The notes under the pieces are model-generated. The model ran no database searches, was not told where the DNA came from, and saw nothing but the letters and a program-made list of their open reading frames with translations. DNA of 64,000 nucleotides from Eledone cirrhosa (lineage: Eukaryota), in contig OZ024742.1 of NCBI GenBank assembly GCA_964016885.1, forward strand, positions 233,864,001 to 233,928,000. The letters are read 5' to 3'. Numbering within the stretch: position 1 is the first letter of the stretch; the number at the start of each line of letters is the position of its first letter. Below are positions 46,381-60,817 of the stretch, in pieces. The position numbers and the translations under genes are program-made.

Positions 46381-47003
46381 ACATATGGGGAGTATTAAAC
46401 TATTGTAGCAGTTTAAACGGTGAGATGGAAATGATTTATTACAAAAAGCTAACAGTTTCAGAGCAACGCTACTTCAGATATTTCAAATGTCAGGATGAAG
46501 GTTTTCTTCTGAAAATAATTTTATTTATGTAAATTTCAAACTTAATGTTGTATAACCGAAGAAAATTTATGATGTGTGTGTGTGTGTGCGCGCGCTCATG
46601 TGCGTGTGTGTTTCCGTATGTGCGTATGTGTGTGCGCGCGCGCGTCTGTGTGTAAGTGTGTGAGTGTGTGTGTGTGTGTGTGCGTCTGTGTAAATGTGTG
46701 TGTGTGTGTGTGTGTGTTTGTTGCGACAACGACATCCAGCTGCCCTGTTAGACTAACTCCTTCTGCAATACAAACAATTCATTTTGTTATAGAGATCCAG
46801 TTTTGTTCTGTTTGTAAGTGTTTGTGTGGTGTGCTTATGTGTGCATGTATGTGTGGTGTATGCATGTGTGTTGTGCTTATATATGCATGTATGAGTCGTG
46901 TATGCGTGTCCGCACGTATGCGTGTTTATTTCTCATACAACAGAACCACTTGGTTAGTTTTATCAATTTAATTTAGTGGGAAGTTTGACAATGTGACTGT
47001 CAC

Positions 47004-47147
47004 CATATTGGTTGACAAGTGTGTGTTGACAAGGTTCACAGGAGGGTTGCTTGGCTTTAGCATAAGAGTCCCCAAAGTAATCGGTATCGACCTCTGCAGC
47101 GGCTGATGGAACTACCCAGGGAGTCGACTGAACTTTAGGGTCAAAAC
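47004..47147 (-). CDS. Putative exon 2 of an unidentified host gene (may instead run to the stop at 46963)
   Basis: Pyrimidine-rich..CAG acceptor at 47148; phase 1 matches the upstream exon; GFDPKVQSTPW..PSCEPCQHTLVNQY; candidate donor G|GTGACA gives a 144-nt 1-1 exon. Confidence 0.5.
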
Positions 47148-47834
47148 CTGACATTTGCATACGAAGTAAAAGTGCATAAAATGATACAATAAAATACAAT
47201 TTGATTATACGGGTTTATATATATATTTTTTTTTTTGTGAGAAATAAATATCGATGGGCCTCTGTCGGTTTCGACGACTAGTGTTCCAGTTGTTCGAGCA
47301 ATGGAATAACCTGCCTGTGAAATGAACGTGTATGTGGCTGAGCATTCCACATTCTTTAAAGTAATTCTCGGGAAGATTCAGTGTAACACTGTTGGTAATA
47401 AGGCTGCCACTTTCAATTACAATTACTGAACAATCCGACGGACTTCCAAACAGTTTCCGTCTATCCAGCTTCACTCACAAAGGATGGGTCGATCCTGGGC
47501 TGATAAATGACATGCAGTGGCATCGAACCCGGGACCTAATAATTGCGAAGCGAATATTTTAGTTATTTAGTTATTCGGTCATATATACATGGACACTCAG
47601 CTTACAAAAAAAATAGCAGCTAAATGTCGTTCAAATCAGATATTACTATCATATCTTTAAAAGAGACACATCGAATAGTGTAGTCTAGAATACTCATCAC
47701 CTGAAAAAAAGATGTGGTGGCCAAAACTGGAATGCCGTTAACCAAAGGTCTGCTTGATCAGGACTAACTTGGGCTACACAACAATGTACATATAATAAAA
47801 AAAAACTAAAGTTGGTTTTAAACCAGAAAGCTCA

Positions 47835-48083
47835 TTTGGCCGGTGCTTATCCCGGTTTCATGGCGTGAAGCTACTGAGAGTACAAGACTCCCCCCTGGAC
47901 AGGACGCCAGTCCATCGCAGGGGTAAACCTCCAGCTATTGCTGGTACTCATTTTCAGCTGAGTATACTGGAGCAACGTGAAATGAAGTGTTTTTCTCAAG
48001 AACACAACACGCAACCCAGGAATCGAACTCACGATATTATGATCGTAAGTCCAACACACTTACCACTAGGTCACGTGCCTCCA
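47835..48083 (-). mobile_element. Near full-length tRNA-derived SINE
   Basis: A/B boxes (TGACCTAGTGG; GAGTTCGATTCC), CORE-like segment, GCGATGGACTGGCGTCCTGTCCAGGGG domain. Confidence 0.75.
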
Positions 48084-48154
48084 CTATACATATAATATAA
48101 CCCTCAATATGCTTAAGCTCCTGTACACGCATTTGCGTATGTAAGGAATATATA

Positions 48155-48504
48155 TAGTCTGTTCGCATTTTACGCGAACTCGAAGTACGCGAATTCGTTT
48201 AACGCCTCTTGAAAAAATATTATTAAATATTCACTTTGCGCGAATAACGCGCAATAACGCATGTGGATTTTAATTTTTTTTTTTTTATTTATCAGAAATA
48301 TAATATAACATTAGAATCGACAAAGGAACTCATCAGAAATAATAATATAGTATATATTAGAGTTGCATTGTTATTCAATTGTTTCTCTCTCTCTCTCTAA
48401 CTCCACTGACAGTCTCCACCAGGGAAAGTTAGACTTGAATTACGCGAATTTGCTTTACGCGCCGCGTTCACGAACGCATCTTCGTGTAAAAAGCGAAAAC
48501 ACTG
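48155..48504. mobile_element. Tc1/pogo-like MITE
   Basis: Imperfect ~24-bp TIRs (TAGTCTGTTCGCATTTTACGCGAA / TTCGTGTAAAAAGCGAAAACACTG), TA flanks, internal TACGCGAA repeats. Confidence 0.6.
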
Positions 48505-48957
48505 TATATGTATGTGTGTGTGCGTGTGTCTTTGTATGTGTGTATGTATGTATGTATGTATGTATGAATGCAGGTATGTATGTATGTCTATGTACCTGTA
48601 ACCTCAGATGAAGCCGTAGGGGCAACGTCATAATATACGGCGTCTTTCGAACATTTTAAATCTGGCGGAACCTAAACCTCACCTGGTCTGAACACCGCCG
48701 ATTTCTTCCAGAAAAGGAGAGAAGATGACAGAGACGAAGTGAGGTAGAGGTAGAGAGAAAGAATTGACCCCAGTACTGGATTGGTACTTTTTTTATCCAT
48801 CTCGAACTGACTGATGAAAGGCAAAGTTGACCGGGATTTGAACTCAGATATCGCAGAGAGTCGGAAGGAATACTGCAAAAGATTCCATCCGACATTTTAA
48901 TGACTCTGGCCACTCGCCACGCACACACACACGCACACACGCACACGCACGCACACG

Positions 48958-49018
<61 letters not shown>

Positions 49019-49067
49019 ATGTATATATATGTAACCATGTATGTATACACACACAAATATGTATATG

Positions 49068-49339
49068 CAAGGCCGGATTTAATGGGGGGGGGGGGGGCAC
49101 AACAGTCGCAGCAATTTATTTGTGCCCTCAGCTGGGCTTTTTAGTTTTAGGATGGTTAGAATTTTTTAATTTAATACCCGTATGTAGAACTTTTCAATTC
49201 CAATTACTTGCACCAAGCTAACTTTGATATGTAAAATTAAGGGAGGGGGGGCTGCTGTGTATTCAATTTTTTTTTTGTACGAGCCAACCCACCCCCAACA
49301 TGAAGTGCCCCGGCTCTCCAAGGTCTAAATCAAATTCTG
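49068..49339. mobile_element. Degenerate hAT-like MITE
   Basis: CAAGGCCGGATTTA ... TAAATCAAATTCTG with subterminal GTGCCCC motifs. Confidence 0.45.
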
Positions 49340-49430
49340 TGTATATGTATGTATGTGTATGTATGTATGTATGTATGAATTGTATATTCATAGGTTTACA
49401 AACGTATAACGAAGTTTAAAATTTACTAAC

Positions 49431-50103
49431 CTTGTATTTTTTGTTTGGCAGCAGGTTTTGATAGCCAAACTCTAGATTCTTCTTCATCCTGAGCTCGAAT
49501 CATATTTTCACTTCTATCCACAAGTCTACTGATATCCTTATCTTTGGTGTGGCCTGTCTTAAAGTCCTTCGTTATAAACCGAGCGATTTCTACCGATGGG
49601 GTTGACTGCGAAGACACTCGCCAAACATCTGGCTGCACTGTTCTGACACCTGAAGGTAACACGAGAGCAAGAATACTTAGAAAAAGTCCCATTCCGACGG
49701 AAGGTTTGATATTGTTATAAATATCTGACAAGGCTGTAGTACATTGCTTCCATCTTTTTCTCATCAATGTTTTTCTTTTGCAACAACCATAAGTAGAAAA
49801 CGAACTGTGTAAATTATTTAAAGTGTGTCTGTCGCAACACGCAACACGCATGTTTAAATTTGAGGTGTCGAATTCGAAATCAGAATATAAAATGTGATTT
49901 GTGGGTATTCTGTCACGGTATATACATCTTGTTTCAGAGAAATGATAGCCGCTCTTAACAGTTTTATTGAAATCAGTATTTGAATAACTGCTTTTGAACT
50001 CGCAACAAGACTCATCGGTAGTTGAAAATATATCATAATAACATGACATTCCAACTGTTGTATTGTTGTCGGCTGTTATCAAGTTATCATATTTATCATA
50101 CAT
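49431..50103 (-). CDS. Putative first coding exon of an unidentified secreted or membrane protein
   Basis: Longest stop-free non-repeat frame (243 codons); signal-peptide-like MGLFLSILALVLPSGVRT from ATG 49692; ends at donor AAG|GTTAGT (phase 1). True start codon uncertain. Confidence 0.55.
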
Positions 50104-53100
50104 GGTATCACAGTTATAGAGAATTTCCTGTACACAACTAACAAACTTTAGTTGCAATTAGAAAAAGTCGGCTGCTATAACAGGACTTCGCTATACTGTT
50201 GCCTGCTTGCTTAGACAGGCTAGACGACTCTACTCACTTAGTTGGTTCACCTGCTGCTTGATGTCAATGTAATGTCATTGTAATCTACACCTCCGTCCGA
50301 CCACTGCACGTCACAGAACATTAGATATACTGAGTGTAAGTAATAATTGTTTCTACTTTTGGCACAAGACCAGCAATTAATCCAGTGTATTACTGGTACT
50401 TTATTTTATCGGTGCTAGGCACAAGGCCAACAATTTTGGTAGTGGAGAAAATCGATTAAATCGTTACTGGTGCTTTATTTTATCGACCCCGTAAGGATAA
50501 AAAGCAAAGTTAACCTCGGCGGGATTTGAACTCAGAACGTAAAGGAACGTAATTCTATGCTGCGAAGCCTGGTGTCAGACGCTGCTACTAGTATTAGTAC
50601 TAGTGCTTATTGACGTGCCAAAGCAAATTGTAACAAAAAAACACTATACTAATCTCATTTTACGGTAATTTAAATTAGTAATACAAATGGATGCGAATTG
50701 GGAGTGTAGATAGCATGCTTTGCGGTATTCGTTTCGGCTCTCTGCGCTGAGTTCAAATCCAACCGAGATCAAATTTGCCTTTCATCCTTGCGACATCGAT
50801 AGAAAAGTGTACCAGTCCAATACTAGGGTCGATTCTTCCTCAATATCTCTTTTTCACTTCCTCTCTCTCTCTCTCTCTGGAAGAAATCGGCAGTGTTCCG
50901 ACCTAGAGTGAGCTGGGTTCCACCATGTCTAAAATGCCCAACACCCACCGTATGTCACGATGGGCCCCTTGACTCCATGAGGAGTTACGGATCCATACAT
51001 ACAAATTAGCAATATGTATGATTAAGCCATACTAATAAATTTCGGAAAACAGAATTTCTTCATCCAAGATATTCTGATATAAATTTCTTGTGTACTGAGT
51101 GTTGTTTTCTTACTATTGGTTTTGTTATCTAATATGTATAATTTCAATTGCAAACAAATGAATACAACACAAACATTTGAAAGTAAAAATTATATGGAAT
51201 GAAATATGAATAGTAAGTAAAACACTTCAATCAAATTCCCCAGGCTGAATCATCTTTTACCTTTCTTATTCAATTTTAGAATACAATCACTGGGTATATC
51301 TGTCTACAGTCAAACCAATGGCGCTGTTAGAACTCCATGTAGCACGGAAATGAATATCCCAACGGAATAAGGTGAAAAGAGGGTGTTTTTGTGGAAGGAA
51401 GACAACATATTAGGTTTTGTTAAGTATTCAAAAGAGCTACAGAGTCATAAATATAGATTAAACGATGAAAACAAAGGCGAGATTTGGTGCTTAATTAGCT
51501 CATTGTTTTACGATCGTTTCAAACGGTTGAATGAACCACGATAATATAGATATATTGACTCGATATAATAGATCCACCTCACCGTTCTCGTCAGAAACAG
51601 TAAACCAGAATTTTTTTTTTTTAATATGAAACACTGAAACAATGAACCAGAAGTTTTTATATATATATACATGTGTGTGGGGGGTGCGTGTGTGTGTGTC
51701 GAAATCTCCCCACATATCCTGACCCCTAAACAACATAATGTTCAGTTTTTCTTTATCTCAAATTGAAGCCAGTTGGTCTGGAGAAACTGGCCAACTCGGA
51801 GTTATTTGAAATAAGATTTTCTTAAAGCCATTCTGCTCTCGTTTCTCGGAAGAGAAAGATATCACACGGAGTTGCTCTAGCAGATATGTATCGCTTAACA
51901 AAACACTCCAGCTCTCCGACAGGGTTGGCACCTCGATAAGGGTTAGTTCAGTGCATCTTGTCAGACTACTACTGCATTCACGTAAACCAACCACACAAAC
52001 ATAACACACAATTCATTTGGTTCCCAGTTATTTTCCTGTGTTGTCAAATTAGCTCCGACGTAAAGTATTCCTAAATAAAAATGATTATAGTAGCGATATA
52101 TGTTATGGTTCATCAGATATTGTTAATGGCAGTTTTACTTTTAACCTTCCGTTCAGCTACTGACTATGGTAACGAGTAGAGCCACACATCTACTCACTGA
52201 GACACACACACACTCAATTCATTTGCCATAAGTCACAAACATTCCCACAGCGCTTATATGGGAGGGAGCAATTCACGGAATCACACACCAAACCAACATC
52301 ATTACTATTTCATCTGCCACACCAAAGTGAACAATAATACCAAACCCAAATCAACTCTTCACACGCTACATCAAAAATACTTTCTATTGCTACATCTACA
52401 ATACATTCTATCGTTTCATCAAAAATATCCAACCGCCATTAAGTTGGTGATCCCCGACAAACAATGAAAGCAACTTTGTTTTTCACATCCTGTCGATATC
52501 ATTAACCAATTGTTACATATATACTAGATACTACATAATAAGATCAAATGGGATTTTTCCGCTGAGTTTTCAGGATATCACTTTTTAAAGTCACGTAATT
52601 GTTTTAACATCAAATTTGTTTAATGGCATAAACAGAAGTTAATAGAATTTAGCACAATTTATATGATTTTTATGTATATGTGACCTAGGGAAAATAGTAA
52701 TATTTGTTGAATTATTTATTTTAACTTCTGACGGAGTTGTGTTGTCTTGGGAATTTTTTAAGCCTATCGGAACCCATCTATGTCTGAATATAGCCGAGGA
52801 AGAACCAATCCGAGTAGTGGACTGCCACTACTGCCACAACCTCGAAATAAGTTGGCATCGGCAGGATTTAAACTCAGGGTCAACTGCATGAATCGGTGAT
52901 AAGTTATAAAAAAAAGTGTGATGGTCAATGACCTGCAAGTTGGCTTACCATGAGATTAGTCCAAAGAATAAAACCGAAGAATAAAACCCAAATCGTATGT
53001 TGACGAATATTCGTACTCCCGGCATGTTAACTGTAACATACTGTCTTTGAGAGTAGAGTTTATTTTGTCGATATTTCGGGGTGTCGGATCGTGGGAAGAT

Positions 53101-53144
53101 TAACACGAATTAAGAAGATGTAACTTCTCCCCCATTATTGACTC

Positions 53145-54630
53145 AGTCATGTATAACTTCATTTACTATACGAGTTACTATTTTGACTTTCAGCATCTCA
53201 GCAACTTTTTCTGATGGTTCTGCCGCTTTGCCCCTTTTCATCTCCTTGATTGTGTCTTTGATCCTAAAAATATCAACTAGCTGGTCATTCCTTTGGGTTA
53301 GTTGGGGGTAGTTTCTCTTCCTCTCGTGGATTGGCGGTATCGGTAGAGGGTCGGACGCCATGCTTTGCAGTACAGTTACGTCCCTTTACGGACTGAGTTC
53401 AAATCCCGCCGAGGTTGACTTTGCCTTTCATCCTTACGGGGTCGATAAAATAAAGTACCAGTAATGTACTGGGTAATTGCTGGCCTTGTGTCTAAAGTAG
53501 AAACAATTAATCTCTCATAGTAACATTTACAGGCCTCTTTCCTTTAAGCATCAGTGGGTGTTATGTACATCACCGTCATTTCTAACACATATTTCCCCAA
53601 CAACATCTCGATTCACACTTACACACTGCCTTACAATACTTCACGCCTCTGATCCATGCGTCTCAAGACACTGGCAAATTCACTTTCTTCGGCCTCTCTT
53701 TGAGCTGTGTATACCTGTCCCATCACTTCTTTCTTAGCTACTTTGTATCAGTCTCTGTTAACCCTATTTTTCCAGTCTTTCCATGCTTGTCTCTTGGTTT
53801 TAATAGTTGTATCTACTGTGCTGTTCCACCACCAGATCACCCTCTGTCTGGCTGGTGCTTTACTCTAGCCGCAAGTCTAACCAGTAGTTCACAAAAGGTT
53901 GTCCTCAACATTGTATGTATCTAGCTCGTCATCCCTTTCATCAAGAGCATCCTGGAGGGCCTTTCTAAACCCATATTTAACCGAGAGATCCTTTAGCTTC
54001 CACACTCTCCATCTCCATATTTTCCTGCGTGTCTTTTTCTGTCTTTTGTTTATTTTGATGTCACTAATAACTAACTTGTGCTGGGCAGTGCATTCTTCTC
54101 CAGGGAAGTCAGTAATCAATCTGGCTGGTGTGTTCACCAGATTGATATGAAATCAGGTGGTTGGCTGGTTTCCTGAAATTTGCGTTGCAGAGGGTTAGTT
54201 CATTTGCATCACAGAATTCCAGCAGTCTCAGTCCCTCTTCATTCCTTGAGCTATAACCATAGCTACCATGAACTCCGCTGAATCCATCCTGGTACTGCCC
54301 CTCATGTCCATTGAAGTCACCTGCCAGGATGATTAAATCTCTTTCGTCAATACCTGAAGTTGTCTGTAAAAGTTCCTCATAGAACCTGTCCTTTTTTTCT
54401 TTACCTTGTCCTGTCTGTGGAGCACAGGAAGATGTGATTGTCACCAGTCTATTTCTTACAGTTAATCTAAACTTGATGATTCAGTCACTTACTCTAACTC
54501 AATCACCTTATCTATCTATTTCTCAGCTAGTAGGATGCCTACACCTCCTGCCCCATTGTCATTTTCTATCCAGTAGGGTTTATATCTAAGTTGCTTGCCC
54601 ATAATTAGTCTCACTGAGACACCCCCCTCT
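53145..54630 (-). mobile_element. RTE LINE fragment (APE endonuclease to start of RT), interrupted by a SINE
   Basis: ILAGDFNGH; NEEGLRLLEFC; SQIDY; QHKLV; WWNS; MKRGKAA...AEMLK. Confidence 0.85.
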
Positions 54631-54739
54631 ATTTCACTTCTTGTACACACGTCTCGCTGAGGCACCCCTTAACCTAACTTCTTGTACACACACACAGGCA
54701 CACGCGCGCACACACACACACACATACACACACACACAC

Positions 54740-54797
<58 letters not shown>

Positions 54798-55190
54798 GTT
54801 CAGATCTAGCTGTCAAAACGGCCGGAGCTCAGCCGTCGGGGTCCTGACACGTCCTCCTGGGTGTCCTTTTACATCATGGATCACAGGCCTCGCGTACCAG
54901 GACTGAACAAAGTCTGATTCACCGCCTTGGGTCCTATTCCCCTCTTGGATTCAACTCACCTCGCCATTATCACACCCCTAGATTCCTATCGCTTTCTCTT
55001 GATCACTAGCAGCTTCTCTTACAACTAATACATGTCGACTATATATGCTCATTCCACTTTTCCCTTCACTGCTCTGTATACACACATACACACCCTTATA
55101 TTAACATACTTTTGCTCATAGCTTCGTACTTACATGCACACACTCTTTTACTCACATATACACACACTTTTCTTCTTAGCTTCATACGGA

Positions 55191-55257
<67 letters not shown>

Positions 55258-55481
55258 ACGCACGTGCACAAGTATAGCTCTTTTTACAAAACGTTTTTTT
55301 TACCATTTCAGTAGACGCGCTCCATCATCCTCTTTTCTAAAAAATAAATCATACACAAAACGCCAGCACCAACAGTTTTGCAAGAGATGTCAACATGAAT
55401 GGACCTGTTATTTTTATCTAAAGACATTTTTATCCCATTACATCCCGCCCGTCCCCTCAATCTATCTTATTTCTCATTCTT

Positions 55482-55517
55482 TCTTCTGATGAAGGACTAG
55501 CGTCCGAAACGTTAAGA
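55482..55517 (+). ncRNA. Minimal type I hammerhead (palindromic stem III) in a PLE-like 3' remnant (about 55380-55675)
   Basis: UCUU-CUGAUGA-A-GGAC-uagc-GUCC-GAAA-CGUU-AAGA. Confidence 0.8.
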
Positions 55518-55671
55518 CCCTCTTCCTGCTATATCAAGCGTTAACCTAATATATACCTTCCATATACTGTACCGATTGTGTTGTTATTTCTGTTTATCTT
55601 TTACATACATACATATATTCCTATATATGTGTTTTTGCATGTCAGTTAGATTGAAACTTACAAGGATTGGC

Positions 55672-55731
<60 letters not shown>

Positions 55732-56639
55732 GCTAATCATATATATATATATATATATATAATGCTAATCATATATATATATATATATATATTAATTCAA
55801 AATATTAACAAAAATAGACATTCGTGTGATCAAGTATATTTTATTATATATAGTTCAGAGCTATCGTCAACAGTACGTCCTCATCAGATAAAATAAGATG
55901 ATGCATGACATACCCTGACATAGTAGATGGTTAAGATTCAGTCATGGTAGTGAATATTATATGACAAGACTCAATATTTATATACCTTGAGACATGAAAA
56001 AACTTACATATAATACAGAGGGTGCGTGTGAGAAAGCTTAAAAATACATAATAGCAATTTACATAACTGTTAGAGATTCAAATAATTTAAATTATTGAAG
56101 AAAGAAGAAAGACAGAGAGAAACAGAGGAGGAAAAATATAGTTACTAGAAGTATAGAAAACAAAAGAGAATTGATCAAGGATAGAGAGACAAAGGGAAAT
56201 AATTTTTATAGTATAAAGCATAGATAAATACATGCAAATACATTTGGGCATAGCTTTGTGAAAGAGTAAACTCGAATCTTTGAATTATCTAGAAGTATCC
56301 ATCTATCTAAATATTAAATATATCTGGGTGTAATTATATGAGGGTTTAATTTCGAGTCCTCAATTAATAAGAAATATACTAACAATTATTTATACACCAT
56401 ATATATATCCAAACTTATCCGGCTGGCCGTTAAATTTCAAATTCCTTATGTTAGTTCAGAATAATGGATTAAACTAAAGGTATAATATTACAGGCTATAA
56501 AAGTTTATAAATGTCTATATTAATATTAAAGTATACTAACATATTTAATTTAACAATAACATTGATCTAAGCACAATCAATAGAACACTTCAAAGTACTA
56601 ACAATGTTAATGTCAATTGTCCAATTTATAGTAATAACA

Positions 56640-57085
56640 ATAAATCGAAATGTAATTGTAGAAATAGATCAAATTGCCCTCTGCAAAATAATTGTCTGGA
56701 CAACAATCTGGTCTATAAATGCACCGTAAAAGCAAATAACATCACATACAACTACATTGCTGCAACTTCATCGACATTTAAATTAAAATTTGCGAATCAT
56801 AAATGCTCTTTTTCGAATCCTAATAGGAAATCTTCGACTTCTTTGTCACAACTTATATGGTCGTTAAAAGACAAAAATTTAAAATACTCGATTTCTTGGT
56901 CGAAGCTGTGTAATAGTCGAATATACTCGAATTCGTCAATATCACCTAACTGCAATCTTTGTACCATGGAGACCCTATTAATAATTACTAATTATGATAA
57001 TATAATGAACAAAAAAAGTGAATTATTCATAAAGCTTCCTCTACATTCCAAGCCTCGCAAAAAGTCAGGAAAAAATACTAAATAA
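56640..57085 (+). pseudogene. PLE GIY-YIG endonuclease remnant
   Basis: KCNCRNRSNCPLQNNCLDNNLVYKC..NYIAATSSTFKLKFANHKCSF..LSQLIWSLKDK..CNLCTME..MNKKSEL. Confidence 0.85.
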
Positions 57086-59161
57086 ATACGTTCTAATTTT
57101 TGACGTCTCGTATCAACTGAGTGCGTAAAATGTTATATTAATTTTTTTACTCATTTATGATATGATAATTGTTAGATTAAGGGTTCTATATAAATATATT
57201 AACATATAGATTGTTAACACGATCTCTTGATGAATATGCATATTTTTTTATTGTTTAGATACATTTAATTTGTTTGGGATTCTTGTATTTTTTTTTTAAA
57301 TATATAGCTTATATGGTTGACAGTTGTAATGAACCGTAAACAATTCATGCTTGTATCTATTTATGTATTTATTCTTTTGGAGTATGTTAGTTTTAAGATT
57401 CAAGATGTTTGATTTATATATTCATATTTGTTTATATATATGTATGGTATATGCGTCGTACACGATTCTAGTCGATAAACTTTTTCCACTTAACTTGATG
57501 TTAAACTTCAATTATAACTTTACTAACAATGTTTTTATTATTTATTTATTATATGTATATGGATCACTAATATCGTCTTGAGTTCCGAACAGAATACTCT
57601 GTATGTGTTTGGACAAGTGTCAATATCTGGTTTAATAACAGGCTTCTAGCTACATTTATAAGTACTCTAGATACTTAAAGACATTCTAGTGTTATAATTG
57701 TTAAATATTTTCTAAATTATATAACGATTATTATTTTTTAATTTAATTAAATTCAGGTTACCTTCGGGTCGATGAAAATCTTAAGTTTCTTTTTCTCATG
57801 TTTGCAGACACTTTAAATATGATACTATACTACTATATAGATCCTTAAAAATGTTCTTGTATTTTAAATTATATAGCTTAAATATTTGGCACTTATAGGA
57901 TCGCAAACAATTTACTTATTTATTTTGAATCTGGTTCGTTTCCTTATGATTCATGAAATTGTTATAGTATATATGTATTACATGTTCCTAAGATACACTA
58001 ACTGATATAAAACCTTAATTGTAACAATATTAACAGTAACTTATTTATTATATTATATTATATTATGTTATGTATAACTGACTAATATCATCTTGAACTT
58101 TAGACAATATACTCTTTGTATATATTTGGACAAATGCATATATCAAATTTAATATTAACTTTTTTGAGTTTAATTATAAGGCCTTTAGATGCTTTAGGGC
58201 ATTCTAATTGTTAATTTTAAATTTTTAAAGTTATAACTGTAATTATTTTCTAAATTATATAGTGATAATTATTTTAGTATGGGAAAATAATATAAGATAA
58301 TATAATTTAATATGGTTTACCTTCGTGTGGATGAAAATACAAAGTCTCTTTCTCATGTTTGAAAATACTTTAAATATGATTTTATAAATTAAATATGTTA
58401 GTATACTTTAATATTAATATAGACATTTATAAACTTTTATAGCCTGTAATATTATACCTTTAGTTTAATCCATTATTCTGAACTAACATAAGGAATTTGA
58501 AATTTAACGGTCAGCCGGATAAGTTTGGATATATATGGTGTATAAATAATTGTTAGTATATTTCTTATTAATTGAGGACTCGAAATTAAACCCTCATATA
58601 ATTACACCCAGATATATTTAATATTTAGATAGATGGATACTTCTAGATAATTCAAAGATTCAAGTTTACTCTTTCACAAAGCTATGCCCAAATGTATTTG
58701 CATGTATTTATCTCTGCTTTATACTCTTTTACTCTTTTACCTGTTTCAGCCATACGGCTGAGGCCATGCTGGGGCACCGCCCTTGTAAAATGGAAAAAGA
58801 TGAGTATTGACGTACATAAATGAGTATTGACGTACTATAAAAATTATTCCCCTTTGTCTCTCTATCCTTGATCAATTCTCTTTTGCTTTCTATACTTCTA
58901 GTAACTATATTTTTCCTCTTCTGTTTCTCTCTGTCTTTCTTCTTTCTTTCTTCTTTCTTCAATAATTTAAATTATTAGAATCTCTAACAGTTATGTAAAT
59001 TTCTATTATGTATTTTTAAGCTTTCTCACATGCACCCTCTGTATTATATGTAAGTTTTTTCATGTCTCAAGGTATATAAATATTGAGTCTTGTCATATCA
59101 TATTCACTACCATGACTGAATCTTAACCATCTACTATGTCAGGGTATGTCATGCATCATCT

Positions 59162-59228
59162 TATTTTATCTGATGAGGACGTACTGTTGAAGATAGCTCA
59201 GTACCTCTGAAATACGTGTAATAAAATA
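59162..59228 (+). ncRNA. Type I hammerhead ribozyme (F); damaged mirror copy at 55837-55895
   Basis: UAUUUUAU-CUGAUGA-GGA-C-GUACUG..CAGUAC-C-UCU-GAAA-UACGU-GUA-AUAAAAUA; perfect 8-bp stem I. Confidence 0.88.
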
Positions 59229-59366
59229 TACTTGATCACACGAATGTCTATTTTTGTTAATATTTTGAATTAATATTAATAACTCCGAAAAACCATTTTT
59301 GTTGAGTGCTTCCAATCTATTGTAAAACTCATTCTTTGATTTATTCATTGAACCTTGTTTAACCTT

Positions 59367-59445
<79 letters not shown>

Positions 59446-59629
59446 TATATATACAGTGGCGGACTGGGTCTAAAAATATTGGTTGCCACCTGCATATAGA
59501 ATGCTATCATTTCGAAAAATACATAACTGGAAACAAAACAGTGCAATCAAATTTTTGCGGAAAAATATCTTACCTTCTCCAATAAAAAATATTATGTATT
59601 TTGTGAAATCCAGAGACTTTCAATAATGA

Positions 59630-60052
59630 CCAGAAGTCGACCCTAAATATTACTAATAGCTCTAGGAAAGCCATGAACGACACCACATCTTTTTAACTTT
59701 GATTTTGAAAGTAGGTTTATAATCATCAATCTTCATTAGAATTTTGTAGCTGCCTCGGTGGCCTAGTTGGAGGAATCATAGACGGTGGTGATCCTGGTCT
59801 GAAGTTCGACCCTTGTCGGGAGTAGGGTTCCCAGTAAACCTTTTCAGTTTTTTTCTATGGGTTGTAAAATAAAAACTGAAAAAGGTTACTGGTATATCTT
59901 AGCCAGGATTGAGCCAAGGGCCAGGAAAACTACGAAAATCATATGAAAATTCATACCTATAAACCTACTTTTAAAATTTTCAAAACAAAGTGCTGTGGTA
60001 TATCGTTCATGTCTTTCTTAATGTTATTGCTCCTACTTAAGGTCGACTTCTA
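59630..60052. repeat. Fold-back element with a tRNA-like centre; partial direct copy at about 63530-63720
   Basis: AGAAGTCGACC..ATGAACGA..AAAGTAGGTTTATA mirrored by TATAAACCTACTTT..TCGTTCAT..GGTCGACTTCT. Confidence 0.6.
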
Positions 60053-60187
60053 AATCATTTGGGTGTTCCATAAACTACATCCTCGTTTTGTTTCACATCT
60101 ATCTAGACTATATTTTAACCTGTAATCCATGTTTCATTTATGTTACACCTCATTTCTCTACCCCGCTCTCTCTCTCTCTCTCTCTCT

Positions 60188-60254
<67 letters not shown>

Positions 60255-60339
60255 TGATATTTGAATCTACTATCATTTGGGCTTACTTTATTCATATATA
60301 TATGTTTTTGCATATCAGATTCAAACTTACAATAATTGG

Positions 60340-60364
<25 letters not shown>

Positions 60365-60374
<10 letters not shown>

Positions 60375-60737
60375 AAGCTGACGGTCGTATGTAGGTAACA
60401 AACTTTCCGCCAAACGGACCAAACAGCACCAAATTTGCACCCTAGATGTAACTTTTCCCAAGTAAAAAAGTGAAAGTATTTTCGTCTACTGAATTTTGTT
60501 AAAAGATTAAAGACATTATTTAAATATTCACTTCTTTAAAATTTCAAATGTCAACACTTCCGGTTATACGACATTCCTAACGTCTTCAAGAACCAAAGTA
60601 TCATCTTCCTGTTTTCTTTCGGTTGCAACGTTTTTCGAAATATTTACTTCTGCGTTCACAGATTGATTTTTTTTTAGTTTCAGAAGATCCCGTTAAGGGT
60701 GAAAGCAGCGATTCTTTGCTTAAACTTTAATCTGTTA

Positions 60738-60817
<80 letters not shown>

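Larger units (their letters stand above)
55789..59350 (+). mobile_element. Penelope-like element F with ~760-bp inverted arms
   Basis: Arms 55789-56552 and 58385-59276 (SINE tail inserted at 58722-58832); tail 59277-59350; (TA)n flanks. Confidence 0.88.

Noticed and set aside
48805-48830. CTGATGAAAGG as a hammerhead core
   Set aside because: Part of the Nin/Deu SINE domain; no stems or GAAA geometry.
51758-52009. 83-aa minus ORF upstream of the host exon
   Set aside because: No recognisable domain or clear splice signals; could be UTR.
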